Shown here: positions 36,476-44,822 of the stretch, piece by piece
Layout: each line of letters opens with the position of its first letter
Numbering within the stretch: the first letter of the stretch is position 1
NCBI RefSeq assembly: GCF_946415235.1
Contig: NZ_CAMKRR010000009.1
Span: 1,276-65,275, forward strand
Origin: an uncultured Ruminococcus sp.
Lineage (GTDB): Bacteria; Bacillota; Clostridia; Oscillospirales; Ruminococcaceae
DNA: 64,000 nucleotides
Reading direction: 5' to 3'
The notes under the pieces: model-generated
Told to the model about the DNA's origin: nothing
What the model saw: only the letters and a program-made list of their open reading frames with translations
Databases searched by the model: none
Made by a program: the position numbers and the translations under genes

Positions 36476-37228
36476 TCATTTAAGATCGGTTTTTCTGAAA
36501 TATATCATTCCGCAGGTAAATACCAGTGCAGTTTCAAGCACCATAACTCCCAAAGCGGGCAGGAAGCTGTAATTTACAGCGGCTCCGTTTGTAAGTATAG
36601 CTTCGGGAACATCGCAATTCTTGATATTCATACAAACAAGCGTCGGCAGAAAATATCCGAGCTTCTGCGGAAAATCGTTTATCGCGGACGCACCGGCACT
36701 TAAAAGTATGAGTGCCTGATTGCCGAGATATATTGCGAGGAAGCTCTTCACGCCTTTGAATACAACGCAGAACAGCTGTGATATAGTTGCAAATAATATC
36801 ACATGGAATGTCGTTAGGACAACGCCCTCTGCTACATTCTTCGCAACAATGCCTTCTGTATTGCCAAATTTTACAGTTATCGCTATCAGACTCAATGCCA
36901 TTATCAGATACAGCGACACAGAAAATACAACTGATGCCGCCCAGTCTGCGATATACACGCTGCTGCGCTTATGTCCGACTGTTATCTGATTGCGTATAGT
37001 TCCGTTTGTGAACAGCGGATAATTAAAAAGTGCGATGATTATGCCGACATAATGCGGAAAAACAAGATATGACGCAATGTAAGGGAGCTGAAATATAGAC
37101 GGCTTGTCTTTGTGTACTGCCGCTGCTCCGATACTGACCAGAAGCATGAGAACTGCAAGAATACGGTAAATATTCCATTTACCAAGTCTGCTGAAATAAG
37201 CATGGAACAGTTTAAACATGGTCAGCAC
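36476..37228 (-). CDS. ABC transporter permease (lantibiotic/bacitracin resistance-type, ABC-2)
   Basis: Six TM segments, GTIRNQITVGHKR motif, downstream of an ABC ATPase. Confidence 0.85.
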   Translation of the reverse strand: MLTMFKLFHAYFSRLGKWNIYRILAVLMLLVSIGAAAVHKDKPSIFQLPYIASYLVFPHYVGIIIALFNYPLFTNGTIRNQITVGHKRSSVYIADWAASVVFSVSLYLIMALSLIAITVKFGNTEGIVAKNVAEGVVLTTFHVILFATISQLFCVVFKGVKSFLAIYLGNQALILLSAGASAINDFPQKLGYFLPTLVCMNIKNCDVPEAILTNGAAVNYSFLPALGVMVLETALVFTCGMIYFRKTDLK

Positions 37229-38126
37229 CTCCTACCAGAGAGATGTAGAAGCTTTCAAGGCTTTCATCATGCTCCTCCATATTCAGTATCTCACAGCCCT
37301 CATTTGCAAGTGCAAGAGAAAGCTGTGTAATATTGGGCTTCGCATAGATATCAGCGGTCTTTTCATCGTTGATCCTGTACTCTGTATCCATCCTGTCAAG
37401 CACAGTGGAAAGTACAGAGGTATCGGTAACTGTAACTCTCATACACTTTCGGCATGAAGCATCCAGCTCCTCAGCGCTCATCTCACGGATCATCCTGCCG
37501 TTGTTTATAAAGCCGTAATGTGTGGCAAGCTTTGAAAGCTCGTCAAGTATATGTGAAGAAATAAGCACAGTTATCTTTTTCTCATGGTTTAGTTTGAGTA
37601 TAAGCTCTCGTATCTCCACGATACCCTCGGGATCAAGACCGTTTACAGGCTCATCGAGCACAAGGAAATCGGGGCTTCCGCAGAGCGCAACGGCTATTCC
37701 GAGGCGCTGACGCATACCAAGAGAAAAGTTTCTCACTTTTTTGCTTCCTGTGTTTCCGAGTCCTACCAGCTTCAAGAGCTCTGGAATACCGCTGTAATCG
37801 GGAAGTCCGAGTACCTGATACTGCTGCCTGAGGTTCTCCTCTGCCGTCATATCGGAATATATGGACGGAGTCTCAACTACAGAGCCGATCCTGCGTCTTG
37901 AACTGTTGATATTCCCGTCTGAATATTTGTTTCCGTAAAGCTCGAAATCACCGTCGGAAGGCATCTGCATACCACAGACAATGCGGATAAGAGTAGTCTT
38001 TCCCGCACCGTTCCTGCCTACAAAACCGTAGACAGAACCCTTCGGGACATTCATTGTCAGACCATCAAGAGCTTTGCATTTTTTATATTGCTTGCATATA
38101 TTATTTGTTTTCAGTACATAATCCAT
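37212..38126 (-). CDS. ABC transporter ATP-binding protein (BcrA-like)
   Basis: Start MDYVL at 38126 after aggagg. GRNGAGKTT, FSLGMRQRLGIA, LVLDEPVNGLDP, ISSH. Confidence 0.94.
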   Translation of the reverse strand: MDYVLKTNNICKQYKKCKALDGLTMNVPKGSVYGFVGRNGAGKTTLIRIVCGMQMPSDGDFELYGNKYSDGNINSSRRRIGSVVETPSIYSDMTAEENLRQQYQVLGLPDYSGIPELLKLVGLGNTGSKKVRNFSLGMRQRLGIAVALCGSPDFLVLDEPVNGLDPEGIVEIRELILKLNHEKKITVLISSHILDELSKLATHYGFINNGRMIREMSAEELDASCRKCMRVTVTDTSVLSTVLDRMDTEYRINDEKTADIYAKPNITQLSLALANEGCEILNMEEHDESLESFYISLVGGADHV

Positions 38127-38156
38127 TGCAAGACCTCCTTTTGTGTTTCTGTAAAC

Positions 38157-38212
38157 AGTATAGCACACAAAAGTCAAGAAAGCGGACAAGAGATCGTCAA
38201 GATTTCGTCAAG
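38157..38212 (-). promoter_or_regulatory. Extended -10 promoter with four tandem CTTGAC boxes (candidate OmpR-family binding sites)
   Basis: Plus-strand gtcaag/gacaag at 38173, 38185, 38196, 38207 (spacing 12/11/11); minus strand TGc-TATACT at 38157-38165. Confidence 0.6.
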
Positions 38213-38867
38213 TTTTTAGTCTGAAGCCTATACCATATACAGCTTCGATATGATCCTTTCCGCTGATCGCCTGCAATTTGTGGCGTATATTGCTGATATG
38301 CTGCTTCAATGAACGCTCGGTGCAGTCAGGTGTGTCATAACTTATCTTTTCAAGTATCGTACTTTTCCCGACAGCTGTATGTGAATTCTGCATCAGCAGC
38401 TTAAGTATGGCACATTCTGTTCTTGTGAGCCGAACCTCACCCTTACCTGTCAAAACGGTCATGGTATCACACATAAGGGTGAGTTCGCCTGCTGTTATGC
38501 TGATCTCATCACTTTCATTCCTTCGGCGAAGCTGTACCGTTATCCTTGCAAGGAGCTCCTGTATATCAAAGGGCTTGGTTATATAATCAGCTGCTCCGCT
38601 GAGCAGAAGTTCGACCTTATCGGCAGTATCTGCCTTTGCACTTACCACGATCACGGGGATATCCTTTATCTTCTTAAGGACCTCTTCTCCCGATATCCCG
38701 GGCAGCATAAGGTCAAGAAGTATGAGATCGGGTTTGTTCTGCGATAAAAGCATTACCGCCTCTGTTCCCGAATAAGCTCTTGAAATGGTATAGCCCTCAT
38801 CACCGAGGACTTTGGCAAGCATATCACCTATGCTCTGATCGTCATCTATTATCATTATATTTGGCAT
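38208..38867 (-). CDS. OmpR-family response regulator
   Basis: Start MPNIM at 38867. IIDDD, LLDLMLPG, GAADYITKPF, LTRTE..ILKLLM, VYGIGFRL. Confidence 0.94.
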   Translation of the reverse strand: MPNIMIIDDDQSIGDMLAKVLGDEGYTISRAYSGTEAVMLLSQNKPDLILLDLMLPGISGEEVLKKIKDIPVIVVSAKADTADKVELLLSGAADYITKPFDIQELLARITVQLRRRNESDEISITAGELTLMCDTMTVLTGKGEVRLTRTECAILKLLMQNSHTAVGKSTILEKISYDTPDCTERSLKQHISNIRHKLQAISGKDHIEAVYGIGFRLKT

Positions 38868-38892
38868 ATATACACCTCTTCCTGTGTTTAAT

Positions 38893-38921
38893 ATTATAAC
38901 ATTTATTAACTCAGATTTCAA
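38893..38921 (-). promoter_or_regulatory. SigA promoter of the response regulator
   Basis: Minus strand TTGAAA-17-TATAAT with TG. Confidence 0.7.
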
Positions 38922-39049
38922 GCAGCTGCTGAATTTGCTTTTTGTTTATATATATGACATAAGCATTGACAAAAGGATATACTTCTGATATCATTAATAA
39001 AGCGATATTACATGAGTTTATTTCTATACTCAGTGAAAGGATAAAGATA

Positions 39050-39790
39050 ATGACTGAAATTCAACTTATGCCCCTTGAAAAATCAGATTGCGAGCAGTTT
39101 ATAAAGGATAATCAGGAAGCATTCAATTACGGTGCACTTGAGGAATTCGGCAAGCGTGACGACCACTTTGAAGAAGAGGGCGAAATCATTTCACGTAAAA
39201 CGATAATTAACGCCATTGATGAGGGCAAAGCGTACCGTATAATGCAGGGAAGCTCTGCTTTCGGCGGTGTTGTTGTCAAAACAGAGTACGATCAGGGAGA
39301 GCTTGAGCTTCTCTTTGTTTCACCTTCTGTCCACAGCAAGGGCATCGGCTATGCGGCATGGTGTGCTGTGGAAGAGATGTATCACGAAGTCACGGTCTGG
39401 AGAACTGTTACTCCGTATTTTGAAAAACGCAACATACATTTCTATGTAAACCGCTGCGGCTTCCATATCGTTGAGTATTTTAATGAGCATCACTGCTTCC
39501 CTGACGATAATGAAGAAGGAATGTATGATATGTTCGCGTTTGAAAAGATACTGCCCGCAACTCCTGCTTCAATACAGGAGCAGATCAGGCGTATCACTTA
39601 CTTTGAAAATGTAATGAAAAAGGCTGACAATGGTTCTCCCGAGCTGCTAAGGCAGCTTTCGGATTATTACGGCAGCGCTGCATGGAAGCGAGACTTTGCC
39701 GCAGATGAAGCAGGGCTTCTCCCGAAAGAGCTTAAACGCGGTGTTCTTTCAGAAGACGGGATCTATGATCTGCTTGAAAAATTCAGATAA
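39050..39790 (+). CDS. GNAT acetyltransferase fused to a DUF4298-like C-terminal domain
   Basis: ATG 39050 after gaaagga. LFVSPSVHSKGIG, TPYFEKRNIHFYVN.CGF; C-terminal QI.RI..FE...L..YY.S..W..D..ADEAG..P..LKRGVLSEDG.Y.LL. Confidence 0.8.
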   Translation: MTEIQLMPLEKSDCEQFIKDNQEAFNYGALEEFGKRDDHFEEEGEIISRKTIINAIDEGKAYRIMQGSSAFGGVVVKTEYDQGELELLFVSPSVHSKGIGYAAWCAVEEMYHEVTVWRTVTPYFEKRNIHFYVNRCGFHIVEYFNEHHCFPDDNEEGMYDMFAFEKILPATPASIQEQIRRITYFENVMKKADNGSPELLRQLSDYYGSAAWKRDFAADEAGLLPKELKRGVLSEDGIYDLLEKFR

Positions 39791-39797
39791 TAAAATC

Positions 39798-39842
39798 TCC
39801 CCCTCACATTATGAAATTTTCTGCTACATAATGTGAGGGGGA
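39798..39842. terminator. Long hairpin between convergent genes (probable bidirectional terminator)
   Basis: Perfect 16-bp stem tccccctcacattatg/cataatgtgaggggga, 13-nt loop. Confidence 0.75.
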
Positions 39843-39930
39843 TAAAACATTTATTCATATGATAGTTTTTTGTATCAGCACGATGAGCTAACCTCATCTT
39901 CTAAACTTCACGATATTCTTGCCTTATCCG

Positions 39931-42183
39931 TCATTTTTTGCTTTGTCTGTTAATCAGTCCGATATATTGCTGCCTTGTTATACCGCCGTATTTATCAGCA
40001 AAATCGTCAACTGTACAATCATTCGGCAATCCGAGAAAGTTCATGACAAGGTTGAATTTATCCCTGTTCTCGGGCAGCAGCAGATTATGCCTTATCATAT
40101 GTTTAGGTGACTCTTTAAGTATATCATCAAGTGTCCTTCCGCATAAATCACCACGGATACCCAATGACACTCCGCCTTCAAAATACTTTCCCTCGTCAAG
40201 TAACCGACGTATATCGTCAGAGACATTCTCCCACGGTATCTCAAACGAAACAAATCCCCACTCCACATATAATGCTCTTGGGTTATTCATCTTTGGTTTA
40301 GGTTCCTTAGGAGACATCTTGACCAAAACTTCCGCCGTAAACGGATTGAAATGCTCGTTCTTTTTTATCTGTCTCGCAAGCTGGAGCTGAAACTGGATAT
40401 CATCGGGAACAAGCTCTTTATGTGCAACTATGGGATGTGTGCCCCATAATATGTCACAGTCGGAGCAAAGCTCTGGTGGACACAGTGCCATGCCTGAAAG
40501 CTCTTTTTCGGTCATATCCTTATCAGTCGTCACAAAGTCATACATTCTCACTATCACAGGCTGCATCATAATATAACGGAAGCTGTGCACTTCGGGCAGC
40601 TCCTTCCATTTCTCGATCTCTCTTGTTTTGCCTAAGATCAGACCATATGTATAATGCCGCCTGTCGACCTGGCAGCGGAATATATCTCCTGCCCTGAATT
40701 TTACCGTCTGATGTTCCATGCTCCTTACAGTTGCGATACGCTCAAAATAATCATCGGGACAGGTCGGGATATAATATCGCATAAACTCGTGGAAATCCTC
40801 ATCGGACATTATCTTACGCACACGGTCTTTTTCTCCGATCATGACTTCCTGATTGTTTCTCAGATTTCTTACAATAATATAGCTCTTTTCATTCTGAAGG
40901 AAGATAAAGAACTCACATCCGAACGGCTTTACTGCCATAACATTTGTAGGCGTAACACGTTTTGCTCTGCCTCTTGAAGTAAGCGGCAGCAGCATGGTTC
41001 TGTTATCTGTTTCAAGACGTGTATCAAATTCATTGTAGCTTCTGCTAATATATGAACCATCATCTTTTACAGAGTATTCTTCATATATCACCTTGACGAT
41101 GATATTGCCCTCATAAAACAGAACTGTTCGCTTTTTCAGGCAGCCTGTCACGCTGTACACGGACACTTTTTCCCAGCTCGGATCAACAGGATCAAGCGCA
41201 AGATAACGCCGTTCTTCATCACTGAGCATTATGCAGTAAACTCCATCGTTAAAATACTGCTCCGCTTTTGACTCCGTTTTCTTTTCGTGAGCTTTTATGC
41301 TTTCACTTACAGAAACAACAGCGTTCCGGGGATCAAGTCTGCTGCCGCTGAAGCTGCCGAATATCTCTTTTACCGCCTGATAGTTCACGCCGTCTTTTCC
41401 TCGCCAGAAATTAAGTGGATAGAAGGTCAGACCGTCCCTGCCCATGCCGTGTTCGGTATAATTTACATAGCCGCGGAGAAATCCCTTGTTCTCAGCCCCC
41501 TCCAATATACCGCAGACGGAAAGTATGCCCAATATACAGTGGATAGCGTTACCCGTAGCATCGAAGAATTTTCTCTTGCGTATTTCTGCCAGCAAGGCAG
41601 TATCCATGTTATGAGGCTTCATTCCCTTAACGCAGGCAAATATACCGTTCAGTATGCGGTAGTCCTCATCACAGGGCTCAACAGCAGGCAATTTTACAAA
41701 CTCACGCAGATCATTAAGCACATATTCGGCACAGGTATAATCAGGCTCCCTGCCATACTGCTTTGGCGGAAGATAACGAAAAACATTATAATCGTTCCAG
41801 TCAACATTTTCCTTGGTATCAAGTCCGTGGCTGCACCCGCAGACAACACAAACAGGAGAGCTCCATTCTGTCTTTTTCCCACCGTCAGATATCATTTCAT
41901 GCTCTGGGAGGGCTTTCGACCACACAAGACTTGAAAGTGCAGAACGGTATCTCATATCTCCGCTCGAAAGACTGTACAGGAAAGCCTTTGCAGCAGCTTC
42001 AAGTGATATTTGTTTTGAAAGTGCTTTGATCTCTGCTATGATCTCACTGTGTGTCACAGCAGAATCAGGTACAAGGACGCCGCTTTTTACAGCATTTGCC
42101 TTTTCACATTCCGACGGCTGTCCCTCACGCATATATGAAAGGTAGTATTTTTTCAGAAATGCCAATGCTTTCTTGTCGATCAT
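39931..42183 (-). CDS. Fusion of an uncharacterised ~290-aa N-terminal domain with an Imm26 (immunity 26)-like protein
   Basis: C-terminal half: LSDEERRYLALDPV..SW, KFRAGDIFRCQVDRRHYTYGLILGK (Imm26-like GDIF...YG). N-half: AFLYSLS...RSALSS, CVVCG, YPL.FWRG.DG. Confidence 0.6.
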   Translation of the reverse strand: MIDKKALAFLKKYYLSYMREGQPSECEKANAVKSGVLVPDSAVTHSEIIAEIKALSKQISLEAAAKAFLYSLSSGDMRYRSALSSLVWSKALPEHEMISDGGKKTEWSSPVCVVCGCSHGLDTKENVDWNDYNVFRYLPPKQYGREPDYTCAEYVLNDLREFVKLPAVEPCDEDYRILNGIFACVKGMKPHNMDTALLAEIRKRKFFDATGNAIHCILGILSVCGILEGAENKGFLRGYVNYTEHGMGRDGLTFYPLNFWRGKDGVNYQAVKEIFGSFSGSRLDPRNAVVSVSESIKAHEKKTESKAEQYFNDGVYCIMLSDEERRYLALDPVDPSWEKVSVYSVTGCLKKRTVLFYEGNIIVKVIYEEYSVKDDGSYISRSYNEFDTRLETDNRTMLLPLTSRGRAKRVTPTNVMAVKPFGCEFFIFLQNEKSYIIVRNLRNNQEVMIGEKDRVRKIMSDEDFHEFMRYYIPTCPDDYFERIATVRSMEHQTVKFRAGDIFRCQVDRRHYTYGLILGKTREIEKWKELPEVHSFRYIMMQPVIVRMYDFVTTDKDMTEKELSGMALCPPELCSDCDILWGTHPIVAHKELVPDDIQFQLQLARQIKKNEHFNPFTAEVLVKMSPKEPKPKMNNPRALYVEWGFVSFEIPWENVSDDIRRLLDEGKYFEGGVSLGIRGDLCGRTLDDILKESPKHMIRHNLLLPENRDKFNLVMNFLGLPNDCTVDDFADKYGGITRQQYIGLINRQSKK

Positions 42184-42563
42184 AACCGCAGCCTCCCTTG
42201 ACTTTTTTTATTACTTAATTATACTGTTTATCTGACACAACTTTGCAAAATAATAAAATGCTTTTATAATTTATCTGAATTATAGCATATGAGTGCTGTA
42301 ATGTCAAGGATAGCTCCTCTAACCCCGTATAGTTTCTGATGAAAGATGAACGGTTGTTAAAAACATATTAAAGTACAGACAGAGCTATGTATAATTTTAT
42401 ATATAAACATATTAAAGAAATATACAAATCATATTATTTTTAATGTTTGTAAAGTTGTTAACACATCCTAACGTATTTTTTGTATTTAGAAAGTCCTTTT
42501 GTAATATTTCAGGCTCAGGCTGTTTAATTTCTTTATTTTTTGTAGGAACTTTTTACTTTAATA

Positions 42564-42592
42564 TTGACTTGAATGAACAAATGTGATAATAT
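42564..42592 (+). promoter_or_regulatory. Candidate SigA promoter about 280 nt upstream of the papain-like gene
   Basis: TTGACT-17-TAATAT. Confidence 0.5.
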
Positions 42593-42869
42593 ATATATAA
42601 AGATTTTATATGGCATTCTTTACATAATGTCAATATGAAGATGTATTCATACTTAAGACAGATATAAAAATCAACAAATCGAATTACTTAGAACAATATG
42701 AATATTATCGTAAAAACTGTTGTACTTTTTCGGCTTTGCTTTCTTTCATGCAGTTATATCAAAAGTGTTTTTTATGCGGGTAAGGCTGAAAGGACTTCAT
42801 AACTAACGGTTAAAAGCTTGATAAATATTTTTATTACAGCTTTAATAATATTTTCAAAGGAGAATTGGT

Positions 42870-44564
42870 ATGGAAAAAAGGAAAATCATCAGTGCAGTAA
42901 TGGCATTAGCTGTTGTTGCATCACAAACAATGGGGGGTATTCCAAAAAGTGCTTCAAAAAACGCTGACGGTAAGCTGACTGCGTATGCCTATAACGAAAG
43001 CATCCGCGGCAAGTGGCTCAAGGACGAAGCAACAGGAAAATGGATGTACAAGCATCTTGACGGCTCTTACACCAAAAACGGCTATGAATATATCAATGGT
43101 CTGTTATGTCAGTTTGACGAAAACGGTTTACTGAAATCGGATCTGAGCAAGCTTATCGACAAGCTTCGCCGCCTTGATCCAAACAATAATATAAAGTATA
43201 AGTTCGTTGACGGAGCAGATAACTGGTCTTTCAGAAACTCCCCCGATAACTTCGGCGAAACATACTACATGAGGGAAGACTACTGGAACAAGCTCATGGA
43301 TGGATTAAAATATACTGAGAAGACACGTATAATAAAAAATGTCCAGAACGGTACATGGGCAGGTTCATGCTATGGTATGGCAGCTACTTCCGTACTTGCA
43401 AGCAGCGGAATCCTTAAGCCTGAGAAATGGCAGGACAATGCTGATTTCCTCCACGATATCGCAGGTCCTCCTTCAGATGAAGTCAAGTCTCTCATCAATT
43501 ATTATTTCTCACTGCAGCTTACTGATTATGATAATCAGAAAATGACACTTGCTCTTTATTTATCCGAGCCATACAAGCTCAATAAGCTTATCCGCAGCGT
43601 AGAAGGCGGAGCTTCTACACTTTTGTGTTTCTATGGTTATTTTGACGGACTTTATCAGGCAGGTCATGCCGTTGTGGCATATGACGTTGAATATGATACA
43701 TTCGTTAAGGAGGGTATCACTTACAACGGAAGAATAAAAATATATGATAATAACTTCATAGATTTCAATGAAGATTATTGCTTGTATTTCGACACTTCAG
43801 ACGGCTCATGGGCTATCCCAGGTTATCAGTTAAGCTCAAAATACGGTGATTATCTCGGATTAATAACAAACGATATTGATTTTATAAATCATCACGGATA
43901 TATCGACGGAACAGAAGATGGTGTGATCGGCAAATTTATCCCCACACTACAATCCGCACCTATAAAGAGCAAATATAATATATCCAAGTCATCAAATATT
44001 CGCGTCGGATATTCCGATAATATCGCATCAGATGATGATATCAAGGTTATGCCTGCTTTGGGAGATAACAATTTCAAAAACAGCTCGCTCATGTTTGCGT
44101 TGAGAGATTCTGCCGCAAGCTATGTATTAAAGCTTCAGGAGCCTGAGAAAATTGATCTTGCTTTATCGTATGAAAACAGCTTGCTCAGCGCAGCTTCTTC
44201 TTCAGGAGCAGCTGCTAAGTTCTCACCTAAAGACTGTGTTGCTGTCAACGGTAAAAACACAGATTATGAGCTCGGTATCGTTCTCAATGAAGGATACAAG
44301 GTCACAGACTGGTACAGCTTTACAGTCAAGGGCTGCGGAGTAAATGATGCAGCTCTCAGAAAAGCAGAAAACGGTTATATACTCGAAGCTACAAATCTTA
44401 AAAATGTTTCCGCAAACGCATTTAATGACGATGCCAAAGCTAACGTAACATTTTCTACCGATTATCCTAAGGTATTCCTGTATGAAAAAGACGAGAATAC
44501 TATCGGAGTTGCTGTAGATACAGACAATAACGGTTCATTTGAGACAGAAGTAAAGGTTAACTGA
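42870..44564 (+). CDS. Secreted papain-like cysteine peptidase-fold protein with an N-terminal cell-wall-binding-like repeat, no dockerin
   Basis: Signal peptide; GKWMYKHLDGSYTKNGYEYINGLLCQFDENG (choline/glucan-binding repeat-like); WSF.N, GSCYGMA (Cys), AGHAVVAY (His), IYDNN (Asp/Asn); ends VDTDNNGSFET. Confidence 0.75.
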   Translation: MEKRKIISAVMALAVVASQTMGGIPKSASKNADGKLTAYAYNESIRGKWLKDEATGKWMYKHLDGSYTKNGYEYINGLLCQFDENGLLKSDLSKLIDKLRRLDPNNNIKYKFVDGADNWSFRNSPDNFGETYYMREDYWNKLMDGLKYTEKTRIIKNVQNGTWAGSCYGMAATSVLASSGILKPEKWQDNADFLHDIAGPPSDEVKSLINYYFSLQLTDYDNQKMTLALYLSEPYKLNKLIRSVEGGASTLLCFYGYFDGLYQAGHAVVAYDVEYDTFVKEGITYNGRIKIYDNNFIDFNEDYCLYFDTSDGSWAIPGYQLSSKYGDYLGLITNDIDFINHHGYIDGTEDGVIGKFIPTLQSAPIKSKYNISKSSNIRVGYSDNIASDDDIKVMPALGDNNFKNSSLMFALRDSAASYVLKLQEPEKIDLALSYENSLLSAASSSGAAAKFSPKDCVAVNGKNTDYELGIVLNEGYKVTDWYSFTVKGCGVNDAALRKAENGYILEATNLKNVSANAFNDDAKANVTFSTDYPKVFLYEKDENTIGVAVDTDNNGSFETEVKVN

Positions 44565-44599
44565 AAAAGGTAAACATTCAGAATGTTGCTAAAAATTTC

Positions 44600-44636
44600 G
44601 GCTGCGTGACCATTAAGGTCACGCAGCCTTTCTTTT
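44600..44636 (+). terminator. Intrinsic terminator
   Basis: 12-bp stem ggctgcgtgacc/ggtcacgcagcc plus tttctttt. Confidence 0.88.
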
Positions 44637-44739
44637 CATAAGAACTTCATACATCTTTTTATTACAGTATATTTGACACACCGACACTCTACAGAAAGCA
44701 ATTTCAGACTCACAATGTCAAATACCAACAATAATTGGC

Positions 44740-44768
44740 TTGCTTTGTTATATTTAATGATGTAAAAT
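44740..44768 (+). promoter_or_regulatory. SigA promoter, extended -10
   Basis: TTGCTT-17-TAAAAT with TG. Confidence 0.55.
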
Positions 44769-44822
44769 TATTATAGTGGATAATTGTATCCTGACATTTT
44801 ATTTTACCTCGGAGGTGTATTT

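Noticed and set aside
44669..44724. 9-bp inverted repeat tatttgaca/tgtcaaata
   Set aside because: Arms are 38 nt apart in AT-rich DNA with no flanking element or target duplication; not enough to call a MITE or operator.
9430..44822. c-di-GMP riboswitches upstream of the CAZyme/surface genes
   Set aside because: Despite four GGDEF/EAL genes, I found no GEMM-I core (GGCAAAC...GACGCAAA) or class II pattern by eye; an Infernal scan is needed to exclude them fully.
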